In this document: positions 10,899 through 24,699 of the stretch, piece after piece
How the letters are laid out: every line of letters begins with the position of its first letter
Position numbering within the stretch: position 1 is the stretch's first letter
Source: Marsupella aquatica
Taxonomy: Eukaryota; Plantae; Marchantiophyta
DNA length: 64,000 bases
NCBI GenBank assembly: GCA_973895155.1
Contig: OZ316896.1
Location: 17,286,754 to 17,350,753 of the forward strand
Direction of reading: 5' to 3'
Translations under genes and position numbers: made by a program
Notes under the pieces: generated by a model
Database searches by the model: none
Told to the model about the DNA's origin: nothing
Seen by the model: the letters and a program-made list of their open reading frames with translations, nothing else

Positions 10899-13800
10899 GG
10901 TTCTCCACTGTTGTAATACCTTAGCTTTAGACGGCGACAGGTTCTGGCTTCTTTTTGTGTATCATATGATTAGAGGATGTCTTGCAACTGCGATTTCTGA
11001 AGAACGGCTGTCAACTATGTGCCTCTTCGCTTGTACATACTGAGAAGCTCCGAAGGCTTGGTTCTCATATCATTCCGGGAACAAGAATATGCCCAGGGAG
11101 ATTGTGGAGGCCTTGAGCAAGAATCCTAAAGACTTGTTTTCATTTCATGTGGTGGAAGGAGTGGTGGGAATTTAGTATCTAAGATACGGTCAATCTATGA
11201 CGTCCCGGTCAGGAATTAGTTGAGTTTAGCTTTCGAAGATTAGCTTTGCGGTTACTCTGTATAAGAGTTGGATGAAATGTTCCATTCGCATGTAATTTTA
11301 GAAGGACCGGTCGAATGGGGTCACCAACAACCCCACTTAGTTGGCTTGTAAGCATCCTTATTATACAATATTGATCATTAGTTGTTTCCTTCATCGGATT
11401 GGTTAAGGTCTGTTATGATTGACCTGATTGCGCTCGGCTATCTAAACGATGTCATGTAAAGAAATCTGATTTAAAGGGTGTTGTCGCAATCCTGCGTCTT
11501 CTGGGTTACATTCTGCTGTTTCAATATAGTCGCGATTCTTTTGAAACGCTGAGCCAATGTCCGAGCTGCCTTCATGATCGCCTCGCTTGTATTATGTGGG
11601 ATCTGAGCTGAAAGTGCTGTCCAATCTCAACCTCTGGCTTCAATTGACTGCAGTGCACTGGATTATTTCGGTTGATGGCCGTGGAATTGCGTCGGTTGCT
11701 AGCGGACTTGTAGCTGGTTTCTCACTTGGATTTTCTTTTGACCTTCCATTCTCTTTACCTAAGCTTATCATGTCTGAACTGACATGCCTATGCGATCTGA
11801 TTTGTAGTTCTGCAAATTCGTTGTACGCGTTCAGCTTTTTTGTCTCTCATCATTACTACTCCTGGTACACAGCAGAACCTTCATCCTGTGATATTCAGGT
11901 ACAATCGAGGTCTTAATTTTCATAATTTGTCAGCAAGAGTCCATGTTAAGTGATTGGTCCTGCTTCGCTCGGTCAACCTCTTAATGTGCCAGACCAGTCT
12001 CAATAATCATGACCAGTGTGGCTGCTGTGCTCGTTTGTGGATCTTTGCCTCTTGTGCCCAAATATTGGCTTCAACCCAATGGTCTTCGTCGTCTTCTTCT
12101 TGCCAGTTTTAGTCCACGAAGCTGATCTGTTTGGTTCACCGAAGGCCCTTGGCTTCTTTGTCAAGGAATGGTTGCCCACCCTTTACAATATAGCGACAGC
12201 TTTGGGCTGTAATCCTGCCAATGATATGGCTATCTTGTATTTTAATATCGCTGGCGTCTTTTCATAGTCTAGAATTCTTCAGTCGAGGGGGTCCAGTGCT
12301 GAATGCTATAAGAGTTCAATTTCGCTTTTCCCATATCGACACCGACGTGTATAAAAGGGCAATATCTATAGGCCCAAGTTCCATCAGTAGTTCTACGGAT
12401 GGTCGGTGAAGTGGTTAACAACGAGTCTTGGGCAGTTTAATGCAAATCGTCCGGTACCGTATGTCAAATGCTTCGGACAACGCTAAATTCCATTTGATTC
12501 AGGCAAACTTACTAGCCTGGTGTAAGTTCCCAAATGTGTTCAGCGAAAGGTTTCCTCTCGCAGCACTTGATTTCTCAGTGCATCGTAGGTCCTACTTTGT
12601 CTTATCTCCATTGAATTTAGATGAGAACAGACGCAGGTGAGAGAGAGCTGTTCTAGTGCATATGGAATATTCGGAAGCGTGCCTTGTATCCTTTGATCAA
12701 CCTATCTGTTTACCTTGCTATTCATTTTCTTGATACTTTTAGTTGTTTCAGAGGTCGGATAGAAGGCGCAGGAAAAGAAATGACCTTCAGAGCCTCCCCC
12801 TGAAAGATGGTGGACAACATTGAACCTTATCGTAGCTGTTCACTTCTTCCTTCCATACTGCAATGGAGGCTAGCCACCAGCCTATTTGAGTAGTCCAAAG
12901 TTTTGATTGAAGTGTTAGCTGTACGTCTGTTGAATGTTATATATTTCATGATGCCTACGAGAATCACGAGTAATGCAGTCGTTGAAGTGATTTTCTTCAC
13001 AGTCTCAATCATGGGGTCCTGGGATCACAAATAGCGAAACATCTTACTTTAGTATATCGCATTTTGTGAAATGCTATTATTTGCTTGAGCTGTATTTCAC
13101 CAGACATGGATGCCAAATTTTCAATTGTTTAGGCGGAGTCCATTGTGTGGTCGTCTGAAGCAGTGCTTCCCAACCGCAGATGAAATACACAAGAGTCTCG
13201 TTTGCTCCACATGAGGTGAAAAGACTTGGAAGTAAACATTTGAGCATGCTTTCAAAATGGGTAATCTTTAGCCAATCATCCTTCTGTGGCCCCAGTCTCA
13301 TACTTCGTTGCCACAATGGTACTGACTCTGCACTGACGTGTTCAAGACTGCAGAGTTTATCATGAATAAACTCCAACCTCGCACAGAGAGTGGGGCTGGA
13401 CCCACACACCTTAGGGGAGTTGTTATAATTTGTTTCGGTAGAAGAAGTACCAATCCCACGACAACATGGGGAACCTTTCTGTCTGCATACCCTAATATCT
13501 CACTCTATCGCCTGTAGACTCGTTGAATAATGACTTCAAGGTTTTCCTTACCCCCAAAAACTCTTTGGTTGATGACTGAAGTGGATGGTACGTAAACCAC
13601 TACGACAGAAGATAAGAACAGAAATTCCTTGACAACTTGATTCGTGGGTTTGACTGAAAGGATTGCCAGTTCCGTTCCCAGTATTCAGAGAAACTAAATC
13701 AAATCTATAATAGGGCAGTGACACGAACTGGAGTCCCTCCAGGTGTCCTCGTAAACCATCAAACAAGAACATCTTTATACAAAGAACCTCCCACCCGGCA

Positions 13801-13940
13801 GCCGTCCACGGTTGGAAGAGTGCCCATCAATCATTAATATCGAAGCGGGAGGGCGAGGTGAGGGCTGGGCGTTTACCGCTACTGTTCTTCGGAGGAGGGA
13901 GCAGCGCAAAAGATCGAGGAAGCTTCTTGTGGCAGCGAAA

Positions 13941-16668
13941 ATGCCTGCGGCTATGGTGGACGCGACGACAGCGAACTTCGAGGCCATGCTGGCGGTCTCA
14001 GAAGTCCAACGTGATGGACTGCTGCTGCTCCTGTTCCTTGGGGATCGGGATACTAAGCTGGGAGGGAGCTGGTGCCCAGGTTGGTTCCTTGTTTCTCTCT
14101 CTTGCTCGCCATCTCTTTCTATGTATTTGTGGGCAAATTTGTGCACAATTCATCTGGTGCCCAGGTTGGTCGCAGTGTCTATCTCGCTATCTCTTTCTTC
14201 ATTTTTGTGGCCGAATTTAATCATATTTCATAGTTATAAGTTCGTACAAATGCAAACGGTATGTTCCGGAGTGAATTACCGAACACCTTCATGTCAAGAA
14301 AGAATGATCATCAAAATTAATGGAAGATAGCATACGGGAGATCAAGTTCACTACATGTGCTTTCCAGACGCTAGTGTGTCTACTGTGATTATACTAGCTA
14401 CAGACTTTACGACATTAATCGTTGGATAGAAGGGTTTCCAAATCCTGGAGCTCCCCCAAATCGGATATTTTCTGATTGGATTTAAACAATTAGCGTTCCA
14501 TAGAACGGTTTCCAGCTCATGGAGCTCTCCAGATTCAGATCTTCTTCAGTACTGTTTGTGTGCTTTCCAAGACCAGGCTGTGGGAGAGACACATGGATGA
14601 ATTGTGCTTGTCAAGGAGCGGATGATATGAATGCTGCGATGGAAGAGATGGCTCCAAGATGCACTGACTGATTGATTGTTGCGTTTGATCTCAATCGTCC
14701 TCCCTTTCTTTCATCATCTGAAGCACCCTTCTATGAAGGTGATTGCAACAGAAAAGATGGTTAGGGTGACAGGATTTGTCCGCGCGACTGTATTCGAATC
14801 TGGCACTTTTTATTCCTTGTAGTTCTTGGTGGTCGTTTACGAGATCATTCTGGCCTCTGTCTTACCTCTGGACTTTGGCTTTGAAATATATTCATGCTCT
14901 TGTCACTGACCAGAGGGAAGGAAATGAGTGGTAGACAAAACGGAAAATTAATATTTCAAATTGTCTTATTCATCTAACACCAATTAGAGGAACACCAAAG
15001 CGAGTATAAACAATCCTCTAGTTTTTCTGCCTAGTGGCTAGTTGTGCTGGTTGATAGGTGTTGGGTAGATTGTGCGGGGCTTAAATTACAAATTAGGGCC
15101 GTGTTTCTTTAAAGTAAGTTTCTCTTGGATGCAGTTTTCTACAACCGTGGATTCCAGCCGACAACTCCTTAATCGGGTTAAGTACTCTAAGGGTCATGCA
15201 AGGAGAAAGACTGGAAGCTAGAAAGAAGATAGTTAATTGTTTCAGAGTTGAATAATAAGTTCCAGTGATATGATTTCTGGCCTTATGAGTGTTACTATAT
15301 CCTTAGACTTGCTCTGTATCCTTTGTGTTTGTGCTCTTAGAATTTTGAAAAACCTTCCTAATATACCTGCACGCTCACCCACGTACTCTGCCACATTCCA
15401 GGGAAGTATAACATAGATGTAAACAAAGAACCCCTTTGTTTGAGTTCTTGTACCGTATCTCATTGTTTTAACCACAGAGTTCGTCTGTTGCTAGATAGAC
15501 CTAAATGCTCATATATCCCAAAATCTTTCCACTACCAGTTACTCCTCTGTGCATCATTAGGAGTAGATGTTTTGCGTCTGCGCACTCACAACTATTTTGC
15601 AAGACTTAGCGACTTGGACCTGAAGTTCCCGTTGATTTATTTGTGCTTCATACTGTGCGTGATTCTAATCCAACCCAGAGCTACCTCGTAAGTCTTGGGG
15701 ATCTGGTTGTTTGTTGTAAACAATCGAAGCATCTTGTATGTTAAAGAAAGGCACGAGCAAGAGAAGATGATTTCACGGGCAGAACACATCGTGGAGATCT
15801 TTCGTACGATATGACTTACAACATCTCTCAACGAAAAAGTATTTGTTTCGGTTTCAATTTATCGTCCGAGGAGAACTTGCTTGCGTAAGCCACTCCATGA
15901 TTGAAGTACTTGGCTGGGCTCGGTGCTGGAAATGTTTGTTTCCATCTCTGACCTCAATTTCAATGTTTTGTGTGATGTGGACCACCTCTAATCCAGTGCA
16001 AGGCCCGTTGAGCGCTTCTCTTCGTGCCAAACTTTGACGTCTTCGTCCGTCACAAGGTTTTCTTGGGTCTTTGCCGCTATCATAAGGAAAATTGAATTCT
16101 CAAGTTAAATTTCTGTGTGTAGGAGTGAAAAAACTGACTCGTGCTGAATGCTTTGCGTTTAAGTTAGGTTCTCTGGATTTATCAATTTCTGATGAATCTT
16201 TGTAAAGCAGGACCCAGCGTTTAGTGTGAAAAGATATTTCTTGTCGCTATGGCTTTTCTTTATTTCGCTCTTGCATGCTTCCAGGGTGTCCCATTTGCAG
16301 TCCGAATCACTAAATTGAATGTCATTGTGCTTAAACTATGACGGGGTGATTCGTTATATGTCACTACTTCATGCTTTCTCAGCACCATTCGTAACACATT
16401 CTGCTTTGATTGTTTTGCAGATTGTGTGAGAGCAGAACCAGTGATTTACAAAACTTTGGAGTCGACTGATAAACACATCACGCTGCTCAGAGTCTATGTT
16501 GGAGACAGGACAACCTGGAGGAAGAGTTCTCATCCTCTAAGAGGGGATCCCCGTTTTTTGCTAAAAGGAGTGCCTACACTGATCAGGTGGGAGGATGGGA
16601 AGATCACTGGACGACTCGAGGACACTGAGGCAGATGTGGAGGACAAAATTAAGAAGCTGATTTCATAG
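13941..16668 (+). CDS. Clot: Thioredoxin-like protein Clot (TXNDC17/TRP14, DUF953 family)
   Basis: Exon 13941-14079 (...LFLGDRDTKLGGSWCP) plus exon 16421-16668 (DCVRAEPVIYK..LLRVYVGDRTTWR..HPLRGDPRFLLKGVPTLIRWE). Splicing the 2341-nt GT-AG intron restores the WCPDC active site. Confidence 0.93.
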
Positions 16669-18744
16669 GCACATCAAGACAGTATGACTCTTTGGCCAAA
16701 ACATTTGCTGAGAATTTTTGCCTTTGAAGCTAAGCTGCGTGAAGGAAGAGTACTTCAGAGACAGGAAGTGGACATACATAGAACACCATAGCAGTTCTCC
16801 AGTATTGCCAATGACAGAAGTACTGGTGCTGAAATCGGTAGTGTAACATCCACCTCAAGAACTTGGAAGAGGTTAAGTATGAAGATGGAGATCTAAGGGG
16901 GCTTCAGACATCAGTACTTACCAGATCACTTGATGGAGAAGGTCAAGGACCCTTCACAAAATCAAATGTACAGTGACAGTCTTTTTAATAAGGAGATTAA
17001 GTTGAAGCTACAATGATGATGAGATTCCAAGGCAAAGAGAGTTTGCACCAAGTAATTTTACAATGGAAATGCACTAGAACAATGAATGTTCGCTCAGTCC
17101 TTGGTGGTACTAGTGACAACGTTGACCATCATAACTTCTATGCAGTCATTTTGGGATCTGACCTAAAGTTTGACTTCGCTTTGTTATATTGAAATTGCTT
17201 GGCTGTAAAACACATTGTCAGAAATGAATGGTTCAAATAATTAACTTCTTTTATTGAATCATTAAGACCAGCTCTCTCATCTAGATTCACTCTGGCCTCT
17301 CAATCCTCGTACCATGTTTTCCCTAGAAGTCATAGAGCTTTTTAGATCCTCAATAAGATACACTGTCACTTTGATTGATTGAAATTGATAAATAAGTCCT
17401 GGCTATACATCTTTAGTCAGGTCTTGAGAAGGTCAGAAATTTTGAATTCAGCATTGGCAGAAGACAGTGGAGCTCATTCCAGAGGAAGGCTGCTAATCAA
17501 GCTTGCTAGCAAAAAGTGTGCAAAAGAAATCAGGAACCTAAAGTACATATTCACACTATCTCGACCATTGTCCAATTTGAGAACTGAATTCTTGGTCTTG
17601 TCATATTTGTCACCCTCTCTTCCAAGAATCTCCATGCAATGCCAGCTCACTTGTCATGGGGCAGACTTCAATTTCTCAGGCGAATTGACCTTTGCCTCGA
17701 ACTCTTTTGAAAATGGGCATTGCAGAATTGCAATTCAAGCTCCCAACAAGCCGTATCTAATTACTGAGGGCGTGATTCAAGGGGTGAATGCATTCCCCCC
17801 GGCCTTAAATGTATCACTCGGTATCTTTCAGGAAGGTGATCATGTGTGAAGGCTTGGTAATCCCATTTGATTCATTTGAAGTATTTGGTTTCAGAGTTGT
17901 CAAAGCATCTTGAGTTGGGGAGATTTGGGTGAAAGCTGTGAAATGTGTAGTTGAGACCCGGGGCCTTGCCCCACTCCTGTAGTTCCTTATCTATCCAAAC
18001 ACTATAATATGTAACCCCTCTCTTTTTCATGGTTTGTTTAGGAACTCTTATTCTCACCAAAAGCCTCCCTAGCCATTGGATTACAGTGAAATGTTTTGCT
18101 AACCACGAGATGGACATAAAGGTGCCACTGTGTACCTTTCCACACCAAACCCATCCCTCGCCCTTCAACTCACACATCTTACTACTAATTTGCGAATAGA
18201 AGCTACAATTGGGGTCTAGGATTCTAGAGTGCAACCTCTAGACCCTAACTTTAGGCCCCAGTACGAAATGTATGTGGATGGAGAGGATGGGATGTATTGT
18301 ATGTCAAGATAATCATGCATGCTGATTTTTGTCATCATTTCTATTGTCATTCAAAGAATGAACATTCAGGCTGGTGTTAAAGTAAATCTAGCACAACACA
18401 ATGTCGCAGAGAACTGGTCTACAACCCAACAATTAACAATGGGACGAAGATATATGGTTCACCCCATTTAGGTTACTCCACTGCTGAGAAAAGAATCACT
18501 ATTCACCTTGGTTTAACAAGCTTGCAAGTTGTTCCATGACAAGTCCTTTTCTCTCATTCTCAGTCTCACTTAGATACCAGTTCCAGGAGTAAGTATACCC
18601 CCTCTCCACTAGTTAACCTGAACAACCTTTAATCATGGTTAACTGCCACTCTACTTGACCAACCAAGACCTAGAACTAAGTACTAACAACACACTCCTTG
18701 AAATCCAGGTGTCACGCACTCAGACCTTGACACAGACTCACCAT

Positions 18745-18987
18745 TATAGTGTTTGGGGATTGGCCGGGGTCGGGCCAGGACAGGGTCAGGGGCGGGGTGT
18801 GAGCCGGCCGGGGCCGGGAGGTCATGGCCGGGCCGGGAAGGGCCAGGAAGTCAAGATTGGGCGGCTGGGACGGTCCGGGTGACGAGTTGCCGGTTGACGG
18901 ACTCTAAAGCCTCTATTTGCCGGGCAAGTCCAAACCCAGTCAACATTACTTATCAGCAATACTATGCCAGGCGGGCATTGCACTAGT
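18745..18987 (+). mobile_element. GC-rich fragment ending in a Helitron-like 3' terminus
   Basis: A short hairpin atgcc-aggcg-ggcat (18964-18978) is followed by CTAG|T at 18983-18987. Upstream is a G-rich, CpG-rich body in an otherwise CpG-poor region. Confidence 0.4.
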
Positions 18988-20609
18988 ATGACCTGAAAAT
19001 ATTTCCAATACACATTCTAGGGGGCAGCTTGAATTTGAAAGATTAGGGCTGCCAGAAAATGATGGTGGGGCTAACCACATTAGGTGTCCAAACTACAATG
19101 ATTTGAGTAGAGGATCCCTTGAAATGTGGTCCACTATTTGATCCAATTCCTGCCCTGAATTCCGAACATGAGCTCATTAATTAATACCCCTGTTTGTGAA
19201 GGGAAGATTTTGATTGTATAAAAATCCTTCTTTTTAAGTATTTTTTGTAGTTCACCCTTCACACCAACATAATAAACCAAGAGTAGAATCATTCTTTGCG
19301 ATATTCATAATTATATACAAGAAAAGAGAAAACATTGACACGAGTCGCATGAGCCTTGAATGTGTCCATGGCTGGTTCCCAATTTTTTCAATCATAGGAA
19401 ACGGGTAAGACAAATGAAGCCTTATTGTCCTATGGTCTAACTTGTGCTTATCCAAACTAAGGTTCATGACGCTGATTTGTGTGGGAATTCACCATACTGA
19501 GCTGGGATTGAAATACAATTTTCAAGGTAGAGTTATTGATTCTTGAGTAGAAGATCTCCAATGGCTCAGGTAGCTCTAGATCCCCAGACACAAATCACGA
19601 GAACCAAAATTGACTAGACCAAACATCCAAGACCAGTTACAAAAAGACACAGTCTCCATCAAATCTTAAGCTCCACAACAAAGAGTATACATGCCCCACA
19701 ACCAATGTGAGAAGCCAAACAGAAAATAAATCAATGGAAGGGAAGAACAATAAGATAATCTCAACAACTAAGGAACAGCTCATATAGAATAGTATTGCAT
19801 GGAAAGATATCATTTAGAATGTTAAGGATGTAATAAACAGATTTGATAAAATAAAATAAAATAAAATAAACAGATTTGATTCTCACTCCTGCCAAAGAAC
19901 AAAATGTGCCATACTTGAAAACATGATCCCAAAGCAAGAAACTGAATAAAGGGGACGATGATTGGCTTTCCATAAATCAATTTAGAGCACGTAATGGTGA
20001 CCACTAAACCTACCAATCTTGTCCTAATAGTACATTAGCTTCTGCTATAGATAATTGGTATAATGGATGCATACTAGGTCAGTAGTAGTCGTTAATACAA
20101 CCTACTATATTGTACAATAAATCAATTTAAGGGTACATCCAACTTTACGATGAAAATACATCAGATGCGTCTAAGTGCAACGTCCATAAGCATGTGGATC
20201 TGTACAGGCTTTCCGGTTATTCTCAAAGAATTACTGCAGGAAATGTACTCACTACGTGTTATTGCAGAATCCAGACACCACAGTAGACGACAAATGTATA
20301 GGTGCATTTTGTCTATATTTACATGCATGTACTTATATTTTATTGTAACAACAACTATTTAAGTGTATCTCTCTTAGTTTAGGAATTTGAATGCCCCTCG
20401 AACCACAAGGGTAATCTTTGAAGCCCACATCGATCACTAAAATGTGATCCATGGGAGCACTCTGTCCATCATGGTGGTTCATCTTGGCTTCAGTTTCTTA
20501 TATTCAGATATATAAATTAATCTCTTATCTGAGTATTCATTGAGAAGTGCAATGGACAATTTGGGGGAGTCATTCATGCACTTACCAATAAAATCTTCCA
20601 TTCGAGAAC

Positions 20610-20703
20610 CAGTCAGCTGGCTAGGGGACTAGCCTGGAATTGAAGGTCCCAGGTATAATCCCCCTCCACACACTGACGTGGAGGTTATAATTGTGTGGGT
20701 GGG
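20610..20703 (+). mobile_element. tRNA-derived SINE-like head, degenerate
   Basis: A-box-like tcagctggctag and B-box-like ggtataatccc, followed by cctccaca. Homologous to 53155-53236. Confidence 0.5.
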
Positions 20704-21419
20704 ATGGGCTTTGTCAATAGTGGATGGGAGTTCTTATTTACTTGGTCCTTGGTTGTCCACTTCCTGGCCCTGATTTAATCTCTCACTCTCTCTCTAGGTG
20801 GGGGCCTATGTAGGATCTATGGGGGCTCATTCTGAAATGTGTTCCCTACAATGAGTGTTCCCTACAATGAATATATGTCACAAGTGATGTGAGGGAGTCC
20901 ACTAAATGCGTCCTTGTTGGATCTCTTTTTCTTTGGACCACTTTTTCTTTCCTTTCATTGTACTTTGATTTTCCTGGTTTATAAACTTTGATGTAATTTT
21001 CTCTCTGTTTTCTTTCTCATTTCCATTCAAAAACAGAAGGGACCTGGATATGAACACTCACGCACAAGAGGCACATGTGTCTAATTGGGCAACACATTAG
21101 AAAAATGCATGTGACTTTCCATCCAATCATTAAATAGTGCACTCTAACATAAGAGTCACATGTGTGTGACCTGGCTACACTTATAAACAAATACATATAA
21201 TTTTCCACGCAATTATTAAATACTACATCCAACTTCCATTTGCCAACTAACAAAATGATTTTTAAATTTTCAGTCCCTTTTTCCATGCAATTATTAAATA
21301 TTGCACACAGAGTATTTAAAATGATTTCTCAAAGCACTCATACCATAGTAGAGTACATACGTGGATAACTGCAGGCTCGGGGCGTTCGTCCCAGGAGCCT
21401 ACACGTTTCACTATTAATG

Positions 21420-21592
21420 ATCCACACGGAAATATCGACGGCCCGGTCTGACTGTAGTGGTCATCCACGTGAGACATCGACGGTGAAATATGACTGTAAC
21501 GGTCATCCACATGGAAAATCGACGGTGAAGTCTGACTCTAGTGGTCATCCACATGAAAAATCGACGATCATCCACATGCAACATCGACGGTG
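21420..21592. repeat. 42-bp tandem repeat (three full units plus two partial)
   Basis: atccac...atcgacgg...tgact.tagtggtc units start at 21420, 21463, 21505, 21547 and 21570. Confidence 0.9.
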
Positions 21593-24500
21593 CCAGGGAG
21601 AACGAACATGATATTTAATTTACAGTCCTCTACACGGGAAAGCGGCACTCGTTACGTTACGCCTTGACAGTTGACACCGTAATTACAGGAGCCGGATCGC
21701 CGGACACAAGACGACAGCGTCAGCAGAAAGTACAGCCTTATCCACCGTACTCTTTCGTCCTTTTTCGGCCGACATACGGTACAGCTTTCTCGCTCGACAT
21801 TCGAGAAACGACACGGATGTTGTTGTCGTCCAGCCTTCCGATTCAAATCCATCCTAGGGTGAATCTTGATTGAGAATCTGGAGGGGCAGCGGACGGTGTT
21901 GACTGTGCTCATGACGGTAAAAACTCACTATTGCCATGCGCCGTAGGCATGGGAATGTCTGAAAGAAATCGCAAACAAATCGATGTTTAGCAGGGCTGTT
22001 TGACGTCCCTGATAAGTGGGTGTTTAGCGTCGCTAGAATCGAGCTGGATAGGTTGGGGTTTGGCGATCTTGGCCCATCATTAGGCATAATGGGCGGCGAC
22101 ATTAGGGGGTTTAGACGTGTTTAGATATCATTGACAAACAATAATATGGGGTAGAATGGGTGCCAACATGACAGGCAAATAAGGACCATTGTATGTAGTA
22201 ACCAGGGCATTGCGGGCCATAACTCCCAAGAAAATGAGGGATTTACATCGAGTTGTTACTGGCTATGATATATTCCTAACATGGTGTTAATCCTCAAGGC
22301 GGTACATTTTAAATTTTTACTATTTGTAGTAGAAATAGAAGAGACGTTTCATGAGAATATCCTGACCCAAAAATGGACTGCATTTTTTTCCTCCATAAGC
22401 ACCAAAACTTGCAAAGAGATCAACCATGAAATATTAGTTAGTGTCCTATCTTGACATTCAAGCAGAATTGTGGATACCCTCTTTCTTTGCAGAATTGAAG
22501 ATGGGTATCTCAACTCAACAGGAAAAGCCACGATTTTTTGTGGTTGGTTTTAGTTGTGTGTGTGTGTGTGTGGGGGGGGGGGGGGGATGTTCAAAACTCA
22601 CTCTTGCATCCAGTTGCGTACCTGGGACTACTATGATCATAATTTCAAATATACAAATAAACATCGGATGGTAGGAAATACAGAGGATAACTTTACCCTT
22701 GAGTTTTCTGGTTCCCGCAAGAAATTGGAAAGGTAAAACTATTACTATGAAAAAAATAATCCATCTTTAACCCCCTCAACCCCCCTCCCGCAGCCACCTT
22801 GGGTTTTTTTACAGAATCACTTGCCACGTTGGGGGATAAGGTACCTCACATAACCCGTTCAAAAATAACATAGAAACAGTCATTAAGCAACTAACAACAA
22901 AAGCTAAAATACTTATAGTTACCTGGATTGATATCTTAAGGACAATGTTGTTTCAATACACTAGCCTGATGCATTCCTTTGGACATCAATAATTGGTGAG
23001 AACAGAAACAAGTTAGGTTCATTTCACACCAGAGTCTCTAGACCATAGCCCTTAGTCTAGCTTCTCTTTCTGGTATATAATACGATTACTGTCCACATGA
23101 CTGAGGTGCATTTGCAGAATCAAAGTAATGTACCACAATCATGCTGTGGTCCTCTACAATAGAGAATCTAACCAGATCGATAATCAATAGGGCTCTAGTT
23201 CTAGTTCTTTGGCCTTGTTAGGGACTCCTGGGCTTTTGGTTCTTGGACTTTTTGGCTCTTTGATCGTCCCTGAGTTTTCCCTTGTTTTCTCGCCTTATTA
23301 GGTTTTTTTACCTTTTGGGTCGTGTCTCAAGGTATGGGGCCTTTTGTTTTTTTCAGTGTCTTATGTATGGGTGGTGCCTCCAATACTGCAATTCCTGTAG
23401 CCATTGCTTGGCAAGCCTGACTTGGCTGCCATCTGTAAATCATCGAGGATCACCATGATGACTAGAAGTAGTCATTATTTTGGTCGAAATAGGGTCCAGG
23501 CACTGCTTCCCATGTAGTTGCTGGCCATGGAAATGTAGGAACGAGAAGCAAATCAGCAAGTAAGGTTAGTTATGCTGGGAGTATATTGTCGTTAGTGATT
23601 ATTGGTCATGGGGCTATACTACTGCAAACTGTAGGGGACAGATGAACCAATTACACGGTTGATAGTAGAATCAACTTGATCACATATTCACACTTCAATC
23701 CTACCTAGCAGCTACTATGCAACTGCCCCACAGTGTCACCCTCCTCGTGACCCCACTTCGTTTTGTCAGACTGGTTCAAACCCATTGGAATGGCAAAACC
23801 TATATGGGTAGAGGGATGGGCACAACTGTATGGCAGATACATTCTCCTAGGAGTAGGCAAGAATATGTTCTAGGAAACAAAATGTGTGTTTCTAAGTTGA
23901 TATTTGCCAAGAAAATTGTAAAGTTGCTCCTAGGATGGACCAGAAGTGTTGAACATAAGACTCAGATAGACCAAGCACTTTTTGAGACCCGGAAAGGTGG
24001 AAATCTCTATTGAAAAGGTGTTATTTGAGTGGCAAGTAATGCTTTTTGAGTGGTTTATGCGTGGATCAAATAGATACTACTGGTTTTCACTCCTAGGGTG
24101 GGGACAAATATCAATTTGAGAAGATAAATACTAAATTCTCAGTCCTATGATGGGCTCACACCACGTTGGACAAGATAATTAGTTTGTGGACCCTGTTCTT
24201 ATGACTCTGAGTAACTAATACATGTACTTTTACAAAGGTCATCTGGTGGCATTTCAAGCCAAACATTTCCAACAACCAACAAGATGGGAGATGAGCTCTT
24301 AGTGTTGCCCACCCAACCTTCTACCTATTTTCTGTTTTTGTCCCCAATCCTATCTCATATTTTTCTTTTTGTTTCATTCCTTCAATCTCTTTCATTTCAT
24401 TGCTTAATTTATTCTTCATTGGTTAAAACATTCTTCATTATAATTCAAAACGTACTTAAAATGGTAACAACTGGTTACTTTCAGCCTCCACTTTTCGTTA

Positions 24501-24699
24501 TTTGGTATGTTAATTTCATTTTTTTAAAGTTTAGGTACCATTCCTTGGTCTAACCATTTTTTTTGGTGTCACTACAAATACAAATAATTGTGGTTGTTTA
24601 TCATTGCAAACATCATTCCTCATGTTTGTGCCGTAAAGTGCTGCCAAGGTGCAATCACGTGCTAGGAATTTGCAGGAGACTCCTCTTGAGGGTAGGTCC

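Noticed and set aside
17379-17849. 156-aa ORF
   Set aside because: It has a TTG start, no recognisable motif and lies in repeat-like CpG-poor DNA.
21420-21592. Regularly spaced repeats as a possible CRISPR array (also 25555-26200, 35795-36192, 58948-59706)
   Set aside because: Whole units are repeated with no unique spacers, there are no cas genes, and the context is an intron-containing eukaryotic genome.
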